A stretch of 64,000 nt of DNA from Antedon mediterranea (taxonomy: Eukaryota; Animalia; Echinodermata). The notes below the pieces were generated by a model. That model saw only the letters and a program-made list of their open reading frames with translations. It was not told the origin of the DNA and searched no databases. A program made the position numbers and the translations under genes. The DNA is taken from the NCBI RefSeq assembly GCF_964355755.1, contig NC_092674.1, positions 19,468,001 through 19,532,000 on the forward strand, read 5' to 3'. This document shows, piece after piece, positions 52,867 through 64,000 of the stretch (its first letter is position 1; every line of letters starts with the position of its first letter).

Positions 52867-53760
52867 TCATAAGCAAATATAAGTTATATAGCAATAATTT
52901 TCCAATTCTAAGTAAGCTCCCCATGAAAGTATACGCAGATACTTCATGGCAGTATGTTGAGCATCAGCACCTTCCACCCTTCCGATTCTGAACGAGTGTG
53001 TGTTGTACCGGGTGTGGTCTAAGTTGGCGTGTAACGCGGCTTCTTTTAACGTATGACTTAAATGTTTCCTAAGTAGTGGAGCTCCGGTTTGAAATATGAA
53101 AAATTTCCCCCGAGTCGTAGGCCTGATCGAATTGTAATCCTGTAACGCCTGTACCGGGCATAATATGCTGTTTCCTTTTTTGCTAATGCTGAAATGTTGG
53201 GATTCGCCCTTGTGGTGTTTGAAGGATTTAAATTGGAAGGTAACATTAGTGTGTGATATGGTAATGTCGCGCAGTTTTAGGACGTGTTCCGGATTATTGG
53301 TCCGTACCATTTCACTTGCTCTCGCACAAGCGTAGTAACAGGTGAGGAACAAAGCTTTATAAAGTTTCCTTTCGTATTCGTTGCTCTTAATAAATTTGGG
53401 TTGAGCGAGAAGCTTCTCCATTATAGTAGTGGTAACCGGGTAAAGGCGTCGGCGGCGGCTGGCAACGTTGTATAGCTTCCCAGCACCTCTTGTGACAATA
53501 GTTAACAATGGTATGTTAGTAGGGTCTGGGTTGTTGGTAATTTTGTGCATGAATGCAATGGCACTTAGATACGTTCTTATGGTATTTTGGTTGAGACCTG
53601 TCCGAAAGAGGTGGCAGACGAAAAGTGAGATGTGGGGTGGTGAGATAGGCATTTGATGTGGTAGATGGTGGCTTTGTAGGAACATAAGTAAGGTTGACCA
53701 CGCCCTGTTGTATGATTTTCTGGTTCCAGTCGTGACGGAAGCTCTTATCAGGTTTTCTTA
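52867..53760 (-). pseudogene. Tyrosine recombinase of the Ngaro element
   Basis: TIRTYLSAIAFMHK, YYACARASE (catalytic R), CPVQAL, THSFRIG (HxxR) and MKYLR (Y). The segment carrying the usual GRW motif is missing. Confidence 0.9.
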
Positions 53761-55455
53761 AATGCAGCGAAGTTCTCAGGTAGCAGATGCGGTGGTATTG
53801 TTAATGGGTTTTGATGCATTCCGAATTGTTTGAGAAGTTTTTGCGTTACCTGTGAACGAGAAATTGCATCACTTAGTACATTTTTAATACCTGGTATATG
53901 CCTGGCGGTTAGATGTATATTATGTGTAAGTAGTACTAACACTACCGGCCTGATTATGCGCATTACATCAGAATTAGAACTAGTTTTGTTGTTAACATGA
54001 TAGACATTGGGTAGGTTATCGGTGTGAAATACTACATGAGTGTTGGCCAGTTGGCTTGAGTACAGTGATATCATGAGATAAATAGGGTACATTTCTAAAA
54101 CCATTATATCTAACTTCTTCCAACGTTCTGGCCATATACCGTGTACCCACGTAGCCCCAAATGTAGCACCAAATTGGTAGTACATTGATGATAGTGGTTC
54201 CATTGTATTGGTCAAGAAATTGTATCCAATTTTTTAAATCTTCCCGTACTACTCCTTGTGTAATACGTATTTTTGAGTCGGGATTTGTCTGACCTTTCGT
54301 GAGTGTATATAGTCTTGTAAGGAAAGCCCTGCCGGTCTTAATAACGCACGTGGCGAACTGAAGTTTGCCGGTAAGAGATTGAAGTTCTCCGAGTGTTATG
54401 TAATGTAAACTTGACCATTTTTCTACTTCGGACCTATACTTTTCTAGTTTGTCCTTGGGTAATCTGGCTACCATAGCTCGCGTATCCAGTTCGATCCCTA
54501 GGAAGGTTAATTTTGTAGTTGGCTCAACTGTTTTGTGAGGGAAGAGAGGAAGGCCAATTTCACCTGATAAGGCAATGAGATTGTTAAAGTACCTTTGGCA
54601 CTCATGTTTTGTATCGCCTATAAGCAGGAAATCGTCTAATACATTGACTACGTTTTTACATGCTAGTTTATTTGTCACTATCCATTTTATTCCGTCTGAA
54701 AACGATTCAAAAATTCTACAAGAGGATCCTTGTGGGAGGACCTTATCGTAGTACAGTTTGTTTCACCAAGAGAACCCGGTAAGGTGATACTGCGTTTTGT
54801 GCAAGGGAATGAGCCGGAAAGCATCTTGAATCTCGCTTTTGGATAGGTAGGCTGAGTAGGTGGATTTTTTAATGATATTTACGGCTGTGGATATATTTTC
54901 ATAGTGGACTGTTTTGTAAGGTTGCGGAATATTATGATTCACTGATCTTTCGTCGTGCGGATATGATAAGTTATGAATTAATCTGTATTTTCCTGCAACG
55001 GATTTCTCCCTCAAACTCAGAGGTGACGATTTGATATGTAGAAATGGGGGCGAATCGAATGGACCAGCTATACGCCCTGTAGCAATCTCTTTAGCAATCA
55101 TCGGTTGGATAATTTGAGGTTTCTGTAATGCCGATACTGAATTGTTTGCAGTAAAGCCGGCTTCCGGACCGTCGTAATTCAGGAAAAACCCATTTGTAAA
55201 GCCGGAAAGGAGGTAATCTTTGTTGGAATATCCCGAGAGAAGGGTTTCGAGTTTATCTACCCTTAGCGGGGTTGGCAGTGGGGTTAGCAGGGGATGTTGT
55301 TGTTGATGGGTGTCGTGATTGATTTGTAACTCGTTTGCACAGGAAATATGGGTGTGGCCTGTCTTCGGAGCATTTAAAGCATTGATGAGAGTACTTACAG
55401 CGGTATGGTTGTAAGCACTTTCGCTCTGGGGTGTGGTATGATTGGCAGTATCCAA
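53748..55455 (-). pseudogene. RT / RNase H of the Ngaro element (frameshifted)
   Basis: GRIAGPF, GKYRLIHNLSYP, DAFRLIPL, VLDDFL, FLGIELDT, LEMYPI, FHTDN and HIPGIKNVLSDAISR. Confidence 0.92.
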
Positions 55456-56428
55456 GTGGTATTTGGGAATCGGTGGTCTTCCTGTTGAAAGGTGGGGTGT
55501 TGAAACCCCGAAAATGACTTTGTGGGCGATAGCGTTGTAGCATCAAGTTGTGAATAAGGTCGCTCCGTACTGTGGCCCATGAGCATTTGGTATGTTCCCT
55601 AGCTCTCCGAAAAGCCTCATCGTATGACCGCCAATTTTGTGCGTTGTTCCGCATCATGTTTTGAATTTGCTTAGCGTAAGTGAAAATGTCTTGCATATAT
55701 GCAGGATGATAGCTTAGATGTATAGTGGCAAAGTCGTAAAATGCCATGGACCATTCATGTTCGGACAAGAATCGTTTTTTCTTTTTTGGCACCATTTCAG
55801 GGCCCCCTGAACTGTAACGCGAATGTATCGCTATCGTCTGGGTTAACGATATCTGAAAACTCAACATATTTGTGGTCTTTAATTTTTATTTTTAATTTGT
55901 CGGGGACCAAAGCTCCGGCCCTAATTCCTCCGGTATACCGGAGGGGGTTTGAGCTGCATCTCCTTCAACAATAGTGTATGGAATAAATGTGTCTTTTGCC
56001 GGTGTGGCAATAGTGTCAGGTGCGTGAGTGAGTGGCATGGTGATATCTGATATAGTATTTGGTGTTGTGTCGTCGAAGAATCGAGTGCTGTTTAGTTCTC
56101 CGTCGTTACCTATTGTAGTAGTGGTATCGGATATGCCTATATTAGACTCCCCACACTTACTCAAATTAGTAACTACCTCGGCCAATCCAGAAATCATGTG
56201 CTCCATTTTTTACAGCCTTTCCGAGACCTCGGCGGAAACCGCCGATGCGTTACTTTTGTCAGTATTAGCTGTACTGGTAGAAGCAGTGGCAGGGAGCTTT
56301 TTCTTCTTAGCTAGTTGTTTAGGTTTAGTTTGTGCTTTCCCTTTAGGTGCACCAGAAGCCCCAGAAGTGCTGTTGGATTGTTTGGGTGCTGTTTGTTTCT
56401 GTGTCTTACGTGCTGTCCGTTTGGCCAT
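55253..56428 (-). pseudogene. gag-like ORF1 of the Ngaro element (stop and frameshifts)
   Basis: Basic N-terminus, EWSMAFYDF...WRSYDEAFRR and the C-terminal zinc finger CQSYH...C...CKYSHQCFKC...HPYFLC. Overlaps the RT ORF start. Confidence 0.85.
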
Positions 56429-57046
56429 TATGAACCCCTAGCAGAAATCGATGTAAGAAGACAATACAACAAAATGTTAATAATGTTTACCAAAACGTAG
56501 TGTGTATTGCCGTACGATATATTTAGTATAGTTATTATACCTATGTATAATGTAGCTAGGCTGAATTCAAAACTTCACTTGACCAAACATATGGAAAAGG
56601 GAAACGTTTGTTTGTTTGTGCTATTACAAGGCATAGTCGTTCGTAGACGTTAATATAGCAAGTTAGCTTTAATTTTTTACTAGGAAGTGGAAGTGTGTAT
56701 ATATTTTAAAAAAATTATATATATATATAAAATAATATATATTATTAAAACTAGAATTTAACTCGTCACTTTGACCTAATATATATAAATGAAATAAATA
56801 AACAACAGTGTCCCTTAGTAAATATATCACACAGTAGGGAAAACTGGATACTCGATAGAAGTTTTAATATCTGATAAGGCGAAAAATGCTAGTCTGTTAT
56901 CGCCCGACATACCAAACCAATGTGTAATGTGGTTTTCGGTTACTATAGTGCCTGTCAGTTAAGCACGCCAGATTTCAGTGTAAATCGCACTCTTGGGCCT
57001 GAACCTAATACAGTAGGCCTACAGTTAAAAGAGCTTTTATCACAAA

Positions 57047-57354
57047 AATGTTTGTGTCGTTAATATCTTCCTACAAGAGGATTTATGTATGGGCCTTGTC
57101 TTCGACTAAGGCGAAAGTAAATGTGCGAGTCGTTATCGCACGACATATAAAATTCATGTGCGAGTCGTTCATCGCACGACAGATAAAAGTATATGTGCGG
57201 GTAATGTTTGTGTCGTTAATATCTTCCTACAAAAGGATTTATGTATTGGCCTTGTCTTCGATTAAGGCGAAAGTAAATGTGCGAGTCGTTATCGCACGAA
57301 ATATAAAAATTCGTGTGCGAGTCGTTAATCGCACGACATACAAGAGGATTTATG
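57047..57354. repeat. Tandem duplication of a ~156-bp unit containing GTGCGAGTCGTTATCGCAC hairpins
   Basis: ATGTTTGTGTCGTTAATATCTTCCTACAA occurs at 57048 and 57204. Confidence 0.85.
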
Positions 57355-59869
57355 CGTATCCGGATATTCACCCCCTGGACATTTACCACCCGGAAAACTA
57401 CCCCCCGGACAACCACCACCTGGACCACTACCCCCTTAGGACAACTACCCCTTTAGGACAACTACCCCCCAGACAAATACCCGGACAACTACCCCCTTAG
57501 GACAACAACCCCTTAGGACAACTACCCCCTGGACAACTACCCCCCGGACTATTACCCCCTAGGAACAATTACCCCCCGGACAATTACCCACCGGACAATT
57601 ACCCCCCGGACAATTACCCCGGACAATTACCCCGGACAATTACCCCCCGGACAACTACCTCTGACAAAATACTCCCCGTAGGACAACTACTTCCTGGACA
57701 ATACTCCGAGGGCAAATAATCTTTTAGGACAACTACCTCCGTAGGACAACTAACCCCTGGACAACTACCACCCAGAAAACTATCCCTTTAGAACAACTAC
57801 CCCCCGGACGGACAACTACCACCCAGACCATTCAACAACCTGACTCTGCAACAGTGTATAATAGGAATTAATAACTATATTTTAATTCGTTATTTTGACG
57901 AATTACTATTCATTATTGTAAACAAAAGTAAAAGATTGAACATAAATATAGCCTGGTTTAAACTGAAGATTGTCACACATGACCATAGGATAGTCGAACG
58001 TATTATATAGTACTCCCTGTATTTACTGTAAAGACTGGGTTCGCTAATAATAATAATAATTTTTGCGTCAGGACAATGCTTCGATAACCACTGGTCTTAA
58101 AAGAATTAATTTTTGTCTCAAATTTGTCATATTTGTATTTTTGTACACTTGAAGAATAATTATCACTTTTGATATTTGACCTCAATGTTCACTCACCGAA
58201 TAAACGGCGATCTTTAAATAAATTCCCCTCAAATAAACGGTGATCATGTCACTCCCATGAAACATCATATGGAATTAATAATCGGCGTCTATTTCCATTA
58301 GATTATACCCCCTCCCATTGAATAAACAACTTTCTTCCAATAAATGTCCACCTAAAAACCACCTAAACAATAAACAGCCCAGGCCGTTTTGTCAATAAAT
58401 ACGGTACTTTAAATCTAGCACATCTAGGGTCTAGCGTGCTGTTAAACAGAATAATCGGTTAAAAACGGGTGTTTCGAAACTAGAGACCCGAGACCAGAGA
58501 CCAGAGACCCGAGAACCAATTCGAAAAGGGAGACCTAAATATACGAAAAGGGAGACCCACGTACGGGTCTCTAGTTTCGAAACACCCGTTTTTAACTGAT
58601 TATTCTGTTTAACAGCACGCTAGACCCTAGATGTGCTAGCTTTAAAGTACCGTATTTATTGAAAATACGGCCTGGGCTGTTTATTGTTTAGGTGGTTTTT
58701 AGGTGGACATTTATTGGAAGAAAGTTGTTTATTCAATGGGAGGGGGTATAATCTAATGGAAATAGACGCCGATTATTCCATATGATGTTTCATGGGAGTG
58801 ACATGGTCACCGTTTATTTGAGGGGAATTTATTTAAAGATCGCCGTTTATTCGGTGAGTGAGCATTGAGGTCAAATATCAAAAGTGATATTATTCTTCAA
58901 GTGTACAAAAATACATATATGAAAAATTTTTGACAAAAATTAATTCTTTTAAGACCAGTGGTTATTATCGAAGCATTGTCCTGACGCAAAAATTATTATT
59001 ATTATTAGCGAACCCAGTCTTTACAGTAAATACAGGGAGTACTATAAATACGTTCGACTATCCTATGATCATGTACGACAATCTTCAGTTTATACCAGGC
59101 TATATTTATGTTCAATCTTTTACTTTTGTTTACAATAATGAATAGTAATTCGTCAAGTAACGAATTAAAATATAGTTATTAATTCCTATTATACACTGTT
59201 GCAGAGTCAGGTTGTTGAATGGTCTGGGTGGTAGTTGTCCGTCCGGGGGGTAGTTGTTCTAAAGGGATAGTTGTCTGGGTGGTAGTTGTCCAGGGGTTAG
59301 TTGTCCTACGGAGGTAGTTGTCCTAAAAGATTATTTGCCCTCGGAGTATTGTCCAGGTCCAGGAGGTAGTTGTCCTACGGGGAGTATTGTGTCAGAGGTA
59401 GTTGTCCGCGGGGTAATTACCCGGGGGGAGGGGGTAATTGTCCGGGGGATAATTGTCGGGGGGTAATTGTTCCTAGGGGGTAGTTGTCCATGGGTTAGTT
59501 GTCCTACGGAGGTAGTTGTCCTAAAAGATTATTTGCCCTCGGAGTATTGTCCAGGAAGTAGTTGTCCTACGGGGAGTATTGTGTCAGAGGTAGTTGTCCG
59601 CGGGGTAATTACCCGGGGGGAGGGGGTAATTGTCCGGGGGGTAATTGTTCCTAGGGGGTAATTGTCCGGGGGTAGTTGTCCAGGGGGTAGTTGTCCTAAG
59701 GGGTTTTTGTCCTAAGGGGGTATTTGTCCGGGGGTAGTTGTCCTAAAGGGGTAGTTGTCCTAAAGGGGTAGTTGTCCTAAGGGGGTAGTGGTCCAGGTGG
59801 TGGTTGTCCGGGGGGGGGGGGGTGTAGTTTTCCGGTGGGTAAATGTTCAGGGGGTGAATATCCGGATAC
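57355..59869. mobile_element. 2.5-kb foldback palindrome with GGACAACTACCCC sub-terminal arrays (MULE-like foldback)
   Basis: Ends CGTATCCGGATATTCACCCC / GGGGTGAATATCCGGATACG. Arms 57355-58491 and 58564-59869 are near-perfect reverse complements. The ORF track shows the same peptide on opposite strands (58003- / 58930+). Confidence 0.9.
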
Positions 59870-60913
59870 GGATTAAAGAGGTCGAAAAAACCCGCCCTCT
59901 CCGTTCTCAAAATAGAATTGTGTTCTCAACCCAATTCTTGATTATATTTTACAAAAATGTCTAATTCATGTGCTAGCATCGATCTTTTACATAAATATCA
60001 GTCTTTCCACCTCTCGTAACTTCTTCTCATAATCGACCACCTCTTGTAAGGGATCATCTCCTCTCATAAGGGACCGCTTTTCATAATCGACCACCACTCG
60101 TAAGCGACCACGACCTCTTTCTCTCTATTAAAGGACAGCTTCTTATAATCGACTATCTCCCGTCACAACGACCTCTGGTAAGTGACCCCCTCTATTGAAC
60201 GTCCACCGTTTCTATTAAGGGACCACTTCTTATAATCGACCACCTCCCGTGGGTGACCACCTTCTCTCATAAGCAACCACTTTTTATAATCGACCACCTC
60301 TCGTAAGCGACCACTTCTTTTAAGGGACCACGACCTCTTTCTCTCTAACAAGAACCGCTTCTCATAATTATGAGAAGCAGTCCCCCTTAAATAGAGGTGG
60401 TGGTCCTTTAAAAGAGGCCGTCACTTACGAGAGGTAGGGTCGTTAAGAGAGGTGGTCCTTTAAAAGAGTCGTCACTGACGAATATGCGAAGCGGTCCTTT
60501 AATAGAGAGAAAGAGGTCGTGGTTCCTTAAAAGAGGTGGTCGCTTACGAGAGGGGATCGATTATGAGAAGTGGTCCCTTATAAGAGGAGGTGATCCCTTA
60601 CGAGAGGTGGTCGATTATGAGAAGCGGTCCCTTAACAGAGATGGTTGCTTACGATGTGTGGTCGTTTTAGAAAGTTGGTTGCTTCCAAGAGGTGGAAAGC
60701 TAAGTAAAGATCGATGCATTTTCACATGAATGAGACATTTTTATAAAATATATAATATTTTCTACATTAGCTGGCGATAGTAACTACATAAGCTGGCGAT
60801 AGTAACTACATAAGCTGGGAGGCAATTTTCGTTACTACATTAGCTGGTGTTGATTTTTATTTACTACTTAAGCTGTTGGTGTTTCTACATAAGCTGGACG
60901 TTTTACTACATAA

Positions 60914-61866
60914 AGCCTGTTTTCCTGTCGACGTTAGTCGACGCTATCGTTAACAATAATCGGCGATCTTCTACGTAAACATTGAAATGTTAACGATTTA
61001 CAGGAAAAGGTAGACTTACTCGCTATTGTCATGATTTCAACTTGATCGTTTTCAAACGATCGACGTTGAACTGTTAACGATAACGATATAAAGCCTGTTT
61101 TCCTGTCGACGTTAGTCGACGCTATCATCGTTAATCGTTAAAAGTTCAACGACGATCGTTTGAAAACGATCAAGTTGAAATGTTAACGATAGCGCGAACA
61201 TTTGATTTCTAGCGTTGAACGTTAGAGTTGAAACTCCGGTCTTCTTTCTCGGCGTCGTCGTAACGCGCAAAAATGAATAGAGGACTCCCCTGTCTCTAGC
61301 AGTAGGCTCACAGTGTAGGACACGTGGGCCTAGTCATACTAATATCTCTATACTGATGGTTCTTCGTTTTCAGTAGGCCTAATAACAACTCCCTGGCCTA
61401 TCCTAGTCCAAATAGCATTTTGGACTAGACTGAAGACTTTGACCTACCTAATATCCCCGCGCCTACTTTCCGGAACATCATTTTATAGTAACTTTGGTAA
61501 GGCTAGGCCTAGTTTTGACCTCGCCGCGATGCAACAATAATAAATGTAGTCAGCAGAATTTGCCATCAATTATGTGACGTCATGTGCTGTATCGCCATGA
61601 TGATTGGTCAGTTCTTACGTTTTAGCGTTGCGATATCGCTAGAGTTGAACTGGATTCAACTCTTGCGATTGTCAACGATCGCGACTTGTAGCGTCGATTA
61701 ACGTCGATTATTACACCTTTTCCTGTAAATCGCCGACATTTTGTATCGTCATCGTTAGTTAAAAAAGTACCTTTTCCTGTAAATCGTTAAAATGTTAATG
61801 TTTACGTAGAAGATCGCCGATTTTTGTTAACGATAGCGTCGAATAACGTCGACAGGAAAACAGGCT
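60914..61866. mobile_element. PIF/Harbinger-type MITE inserted in the right arm of the Ginger-like element
   Basis: TIR AGCCTGTTTTCCTGTCGACGTTA / TAACGTCGACAGGAAAACAGGCT with TAA on both sides. Partial TIR duplications at 61091 and 61870. Confidence 0.8.
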
Positions 61867-62921
61867 TAACGTCGACAGGAAAACAGGCTTTAACGGTTGT
61901 TCCGTCATTAGCTGGCGTTTTCTAACGGTTGTAACATGCTGTACTCGAGCTGACGGTTCAACCGGTTTTCAGCTATTAAAATAAATTATCGTAGGAGGAG
62001 ATAGGAAAATGCGAAGCATTCTCGTTTATTGTGTGCGGGTATTTTTCAAGATAGACATCCATTAGACAGTGTATACCTCGATCGGAAAACACCCCTATTT
62101 GAGGCAAATCGTTGAACTTCAATTCGTTTTCATTGTCAATAACTAATTATCTAACTCAATTTAATTAGTAAATAGGCTGACATCAGGTGGTTAAAATCAG
62201 TACCAAAAGTTGAAAAACTTTATATACCATCGAGTAAACATTCTAGAAGTAGCACGCGATTTACCGAATTTTGCCCTTACGTAAATGTATATATAGGCTA
62301 GATAATATCAATAGTGAAGTAATAAATACAAAATAGTACAATATTTTAAACTATATACTGTACAAATATAGTAACATTAAATAATATAAAAATAATGAAT
62401 TTTTATGAGGTGAAGGTTGAAAATATTTCACGAGTTGAAAAATTGGACTGCTCTATATTTTCAACGAGGCGGAGCCGAGTTGAAAATAGAGCAGACAATT
62501 TTTCCTCGAATGAAATATTCTCTCCATTCAACGAATACAAACATTCGACCTATTGTTTTATAACAGTTGAAAGATCACACTTAGGTGTAGTCTCATTAGT
62601 AATATCTAACTAAATAGAAAAAAAAACTATGGCATGTAAACTTTGGCCAGTTTACATTTCACTACCCAGTCTGAACACATGGTCTTGTTTGGCCAGTCCA
62701 CACCCAACTTTGAGACAATGCTATTGTTTTTAGCTTGTCTCACCTTGCTTTTCACACCTATCAGAAACAATGCTCTTCTATAGCAAGTTTCCATTCACTA
62801 TTGTTCATGAGAAACAATGCTCTGCTATAGCTAGTTTCAATCCCTCCCACTGTGTGAACTTGCCATTGTTTCTGGCTTTCACACCAGTCCCACCTTTTCC
62901 AAGTTTCCTAAAATGTCTGCA

Positions 62922-63060
62922 TTCTCACTCTTGAGGACGATCAAAGCATATTGATCGAAACGTCGAGAAACTCAACAGTTCTTTTCAGAACTAATATACG
63001 TGGTGTACCGCAAACTTTATATCAACATTTGATTTCGCCATGCAAACCTTCAAACAATAT
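62922..63060 (+). mobile_element. Penelope-like terminal repeat copy with hammerhead core
   Basis: Same unit as 38731-38845. Stem II GATCAA/TTGATC is intact; the core C3 is changed to T. Confidence 0.65.
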
Positions 63061-63061
63061 A

Positions 63062-63292
63062 TAAACTATTGTTTTACTATACCTATTAATATGTAAACTA
63101 TTGCTTACTGTACCTAATAAAATGCCAACTATTGCTTACTGTACCTAATAAAATGTCAACTATTGCTTACTATACCTAATAATATGTCAACTTTTGTTTT
63201 ACTGTATCTACTAATAGGTAAACTTTTGTTTTACTGTACCTCTAATAGGTAAACTTTTGTTTTACTGTACCTACTAATAGGTAAACTTTTGT
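63062..63292. repeat. ~31-bp minisatellite, ~7 copies
   Basis: AAACT(A/T)TTG(C/T)TT(T)ACTGTACCTA(C)TAATA.. repeated. Confidence 0.85.
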
Positions 63293-64000
63293 TTTTTCAT
63301 CTTTTATTGAATTTTTCTACATCATTTCAATTATATCATTACTTATTTTATTTCACTTAAATTTATTATTATGTATTTAATACATCTACCACTAAATATT
63401 CAATATTCATCACTACAGACATATAGAAAGTTTAAAACTGACTCTAAGCGGTGTTCTGGGATTGTATTCCAAAGGTTTATCGGACTGCCATGTAGTACTT
63501 AATTCTTAAATCTGGATTAATATTTGGAAAATTATTTCCGCAAAATTCTTCACAACTTTTTGTTCCGTGATCGTAAATGATTCCAAAACAATTTATGTTC
63601 TTGCGACATTTCAATGCGCAGAGAACCGGCGAGTGTGTAAAAAAACGGCGTATAACCGATGGTGGCGCATTTCCATTAGTCTTAAAGACGTGGAAAAGAT
63701 GTGGTTTCGGGAATTCATAATCTGTAAAATAATAAATGCATATTGTGTATTACTATCATATTGTGTCAAGTAAATTCTGGCAAAACTAGCAACAAATCAA
63801 CAACAAAAAAAGACAAGGATAACGAAAATATTAATTTGTAACGTTTATGATGATTTTACAATGATGATGATTTTAATGCTGACAATCTTATTTCATCAGG
63901 CCCAAACATTTTAAAACTGATTAATGACGATTTACGAAATCCCGTTTTTAGTAGTAAGTAATTAACACTAACAACTTTGGTTTTTGCAAGCGTATATTCT

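Larger units (their letters stand above)
52368..59943 (-). mobile_element. Ngaro-type (DIRS order) tyrosine-recombinase retrotransposon with split direct repeats, degenerate
   Basis: gag, RT/RNase H and YR ORFs with no methyltransferase seen. Repeats A1 (59943-59871), B1 (52917-52734), A2 (52736-52552) and B2 (52551-52368) are in A1-ORFs-B1-A2-B2 order. Confidence 0.92.
52198..61936. mobile_element. Ginger-like non-autonomous foldback element hosting nested insertions
   Basis: Ends TGTTACAAC / GTTGTAACA with 5-bp TSD TGCTG. CAGCT(A/T)ATGTAG sub-repeats are mirrored at 52205-52365 and 60760-60910. Arms continue 59944-60755 around the palindrome GCTTCTCATAATTATGAGAAGC (60357-60378). Confidence 0.75.

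Noticed and set aside
52867-53685. Phage integrase or bacterial contamination
   Set aside because: The YR is part of a gag-RT-RH-YR element with split direct repeats embedded among spliced animal genes.
57048-57500. 150-aa ORF and the mirrored ORFs at 58003/58930 and 59467
   Set aside because: They are translations of tandem repeats and palindrome arms, with no domain signal.
60163-60729. Repetitive KRGGRLREVVDY ORFs on both strands
   Set aside because: They derive from GACCACCTC sub-repeats of the foldback arms.

Overview
AT-rich, intron-containing animal genomic DNA. It is probably a marine invertebrate deuterostome such as an echinoderm, which is an inference from gene content, TE types and the (TAGGCC/CTAG)n tracts. 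Spliced genes rebuilt by hand from GT-AG junctions: the first coding exon of alkaline ceramidase ACER3 (-), a 4-exon CAP-Gly protein (+), MED4 (-, 6 exons), EIF4E2/4EHP (+, 7 exons), a phospholipid scramblase (-, 7 exons) and a 2-exon RING/B-box/coiled-coil/filamin TRIM with an unusual Pro/Tyr tail (-). The most unusual gene is an intronless ~1,180-aa putative secreted protein (22862-26406) with an alpha-pore-forming-toxin-like layout. Its signal-peptide ORF joins the main ORF only through a -1 frame change, and a T_TTA_AAG heptamer plus hairpin sits in the overlap. The rest is nested mobile DNA: MULE and hAT elements, a Helentron-like element, L1/Tx1 and CR1-group LINE relics, a solo LTR, Penelope ends with hammerhead ribozyme cores, 22-29-bp hairpin insertions with 5-bp TSDs, and a 9.7-kb nest (Ginger-like foldback > Ngaro tyrosine-recombinase retrotransposon > 2.5-kb palindrome). 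No database searches were run; family calls rest on recognised motifs.
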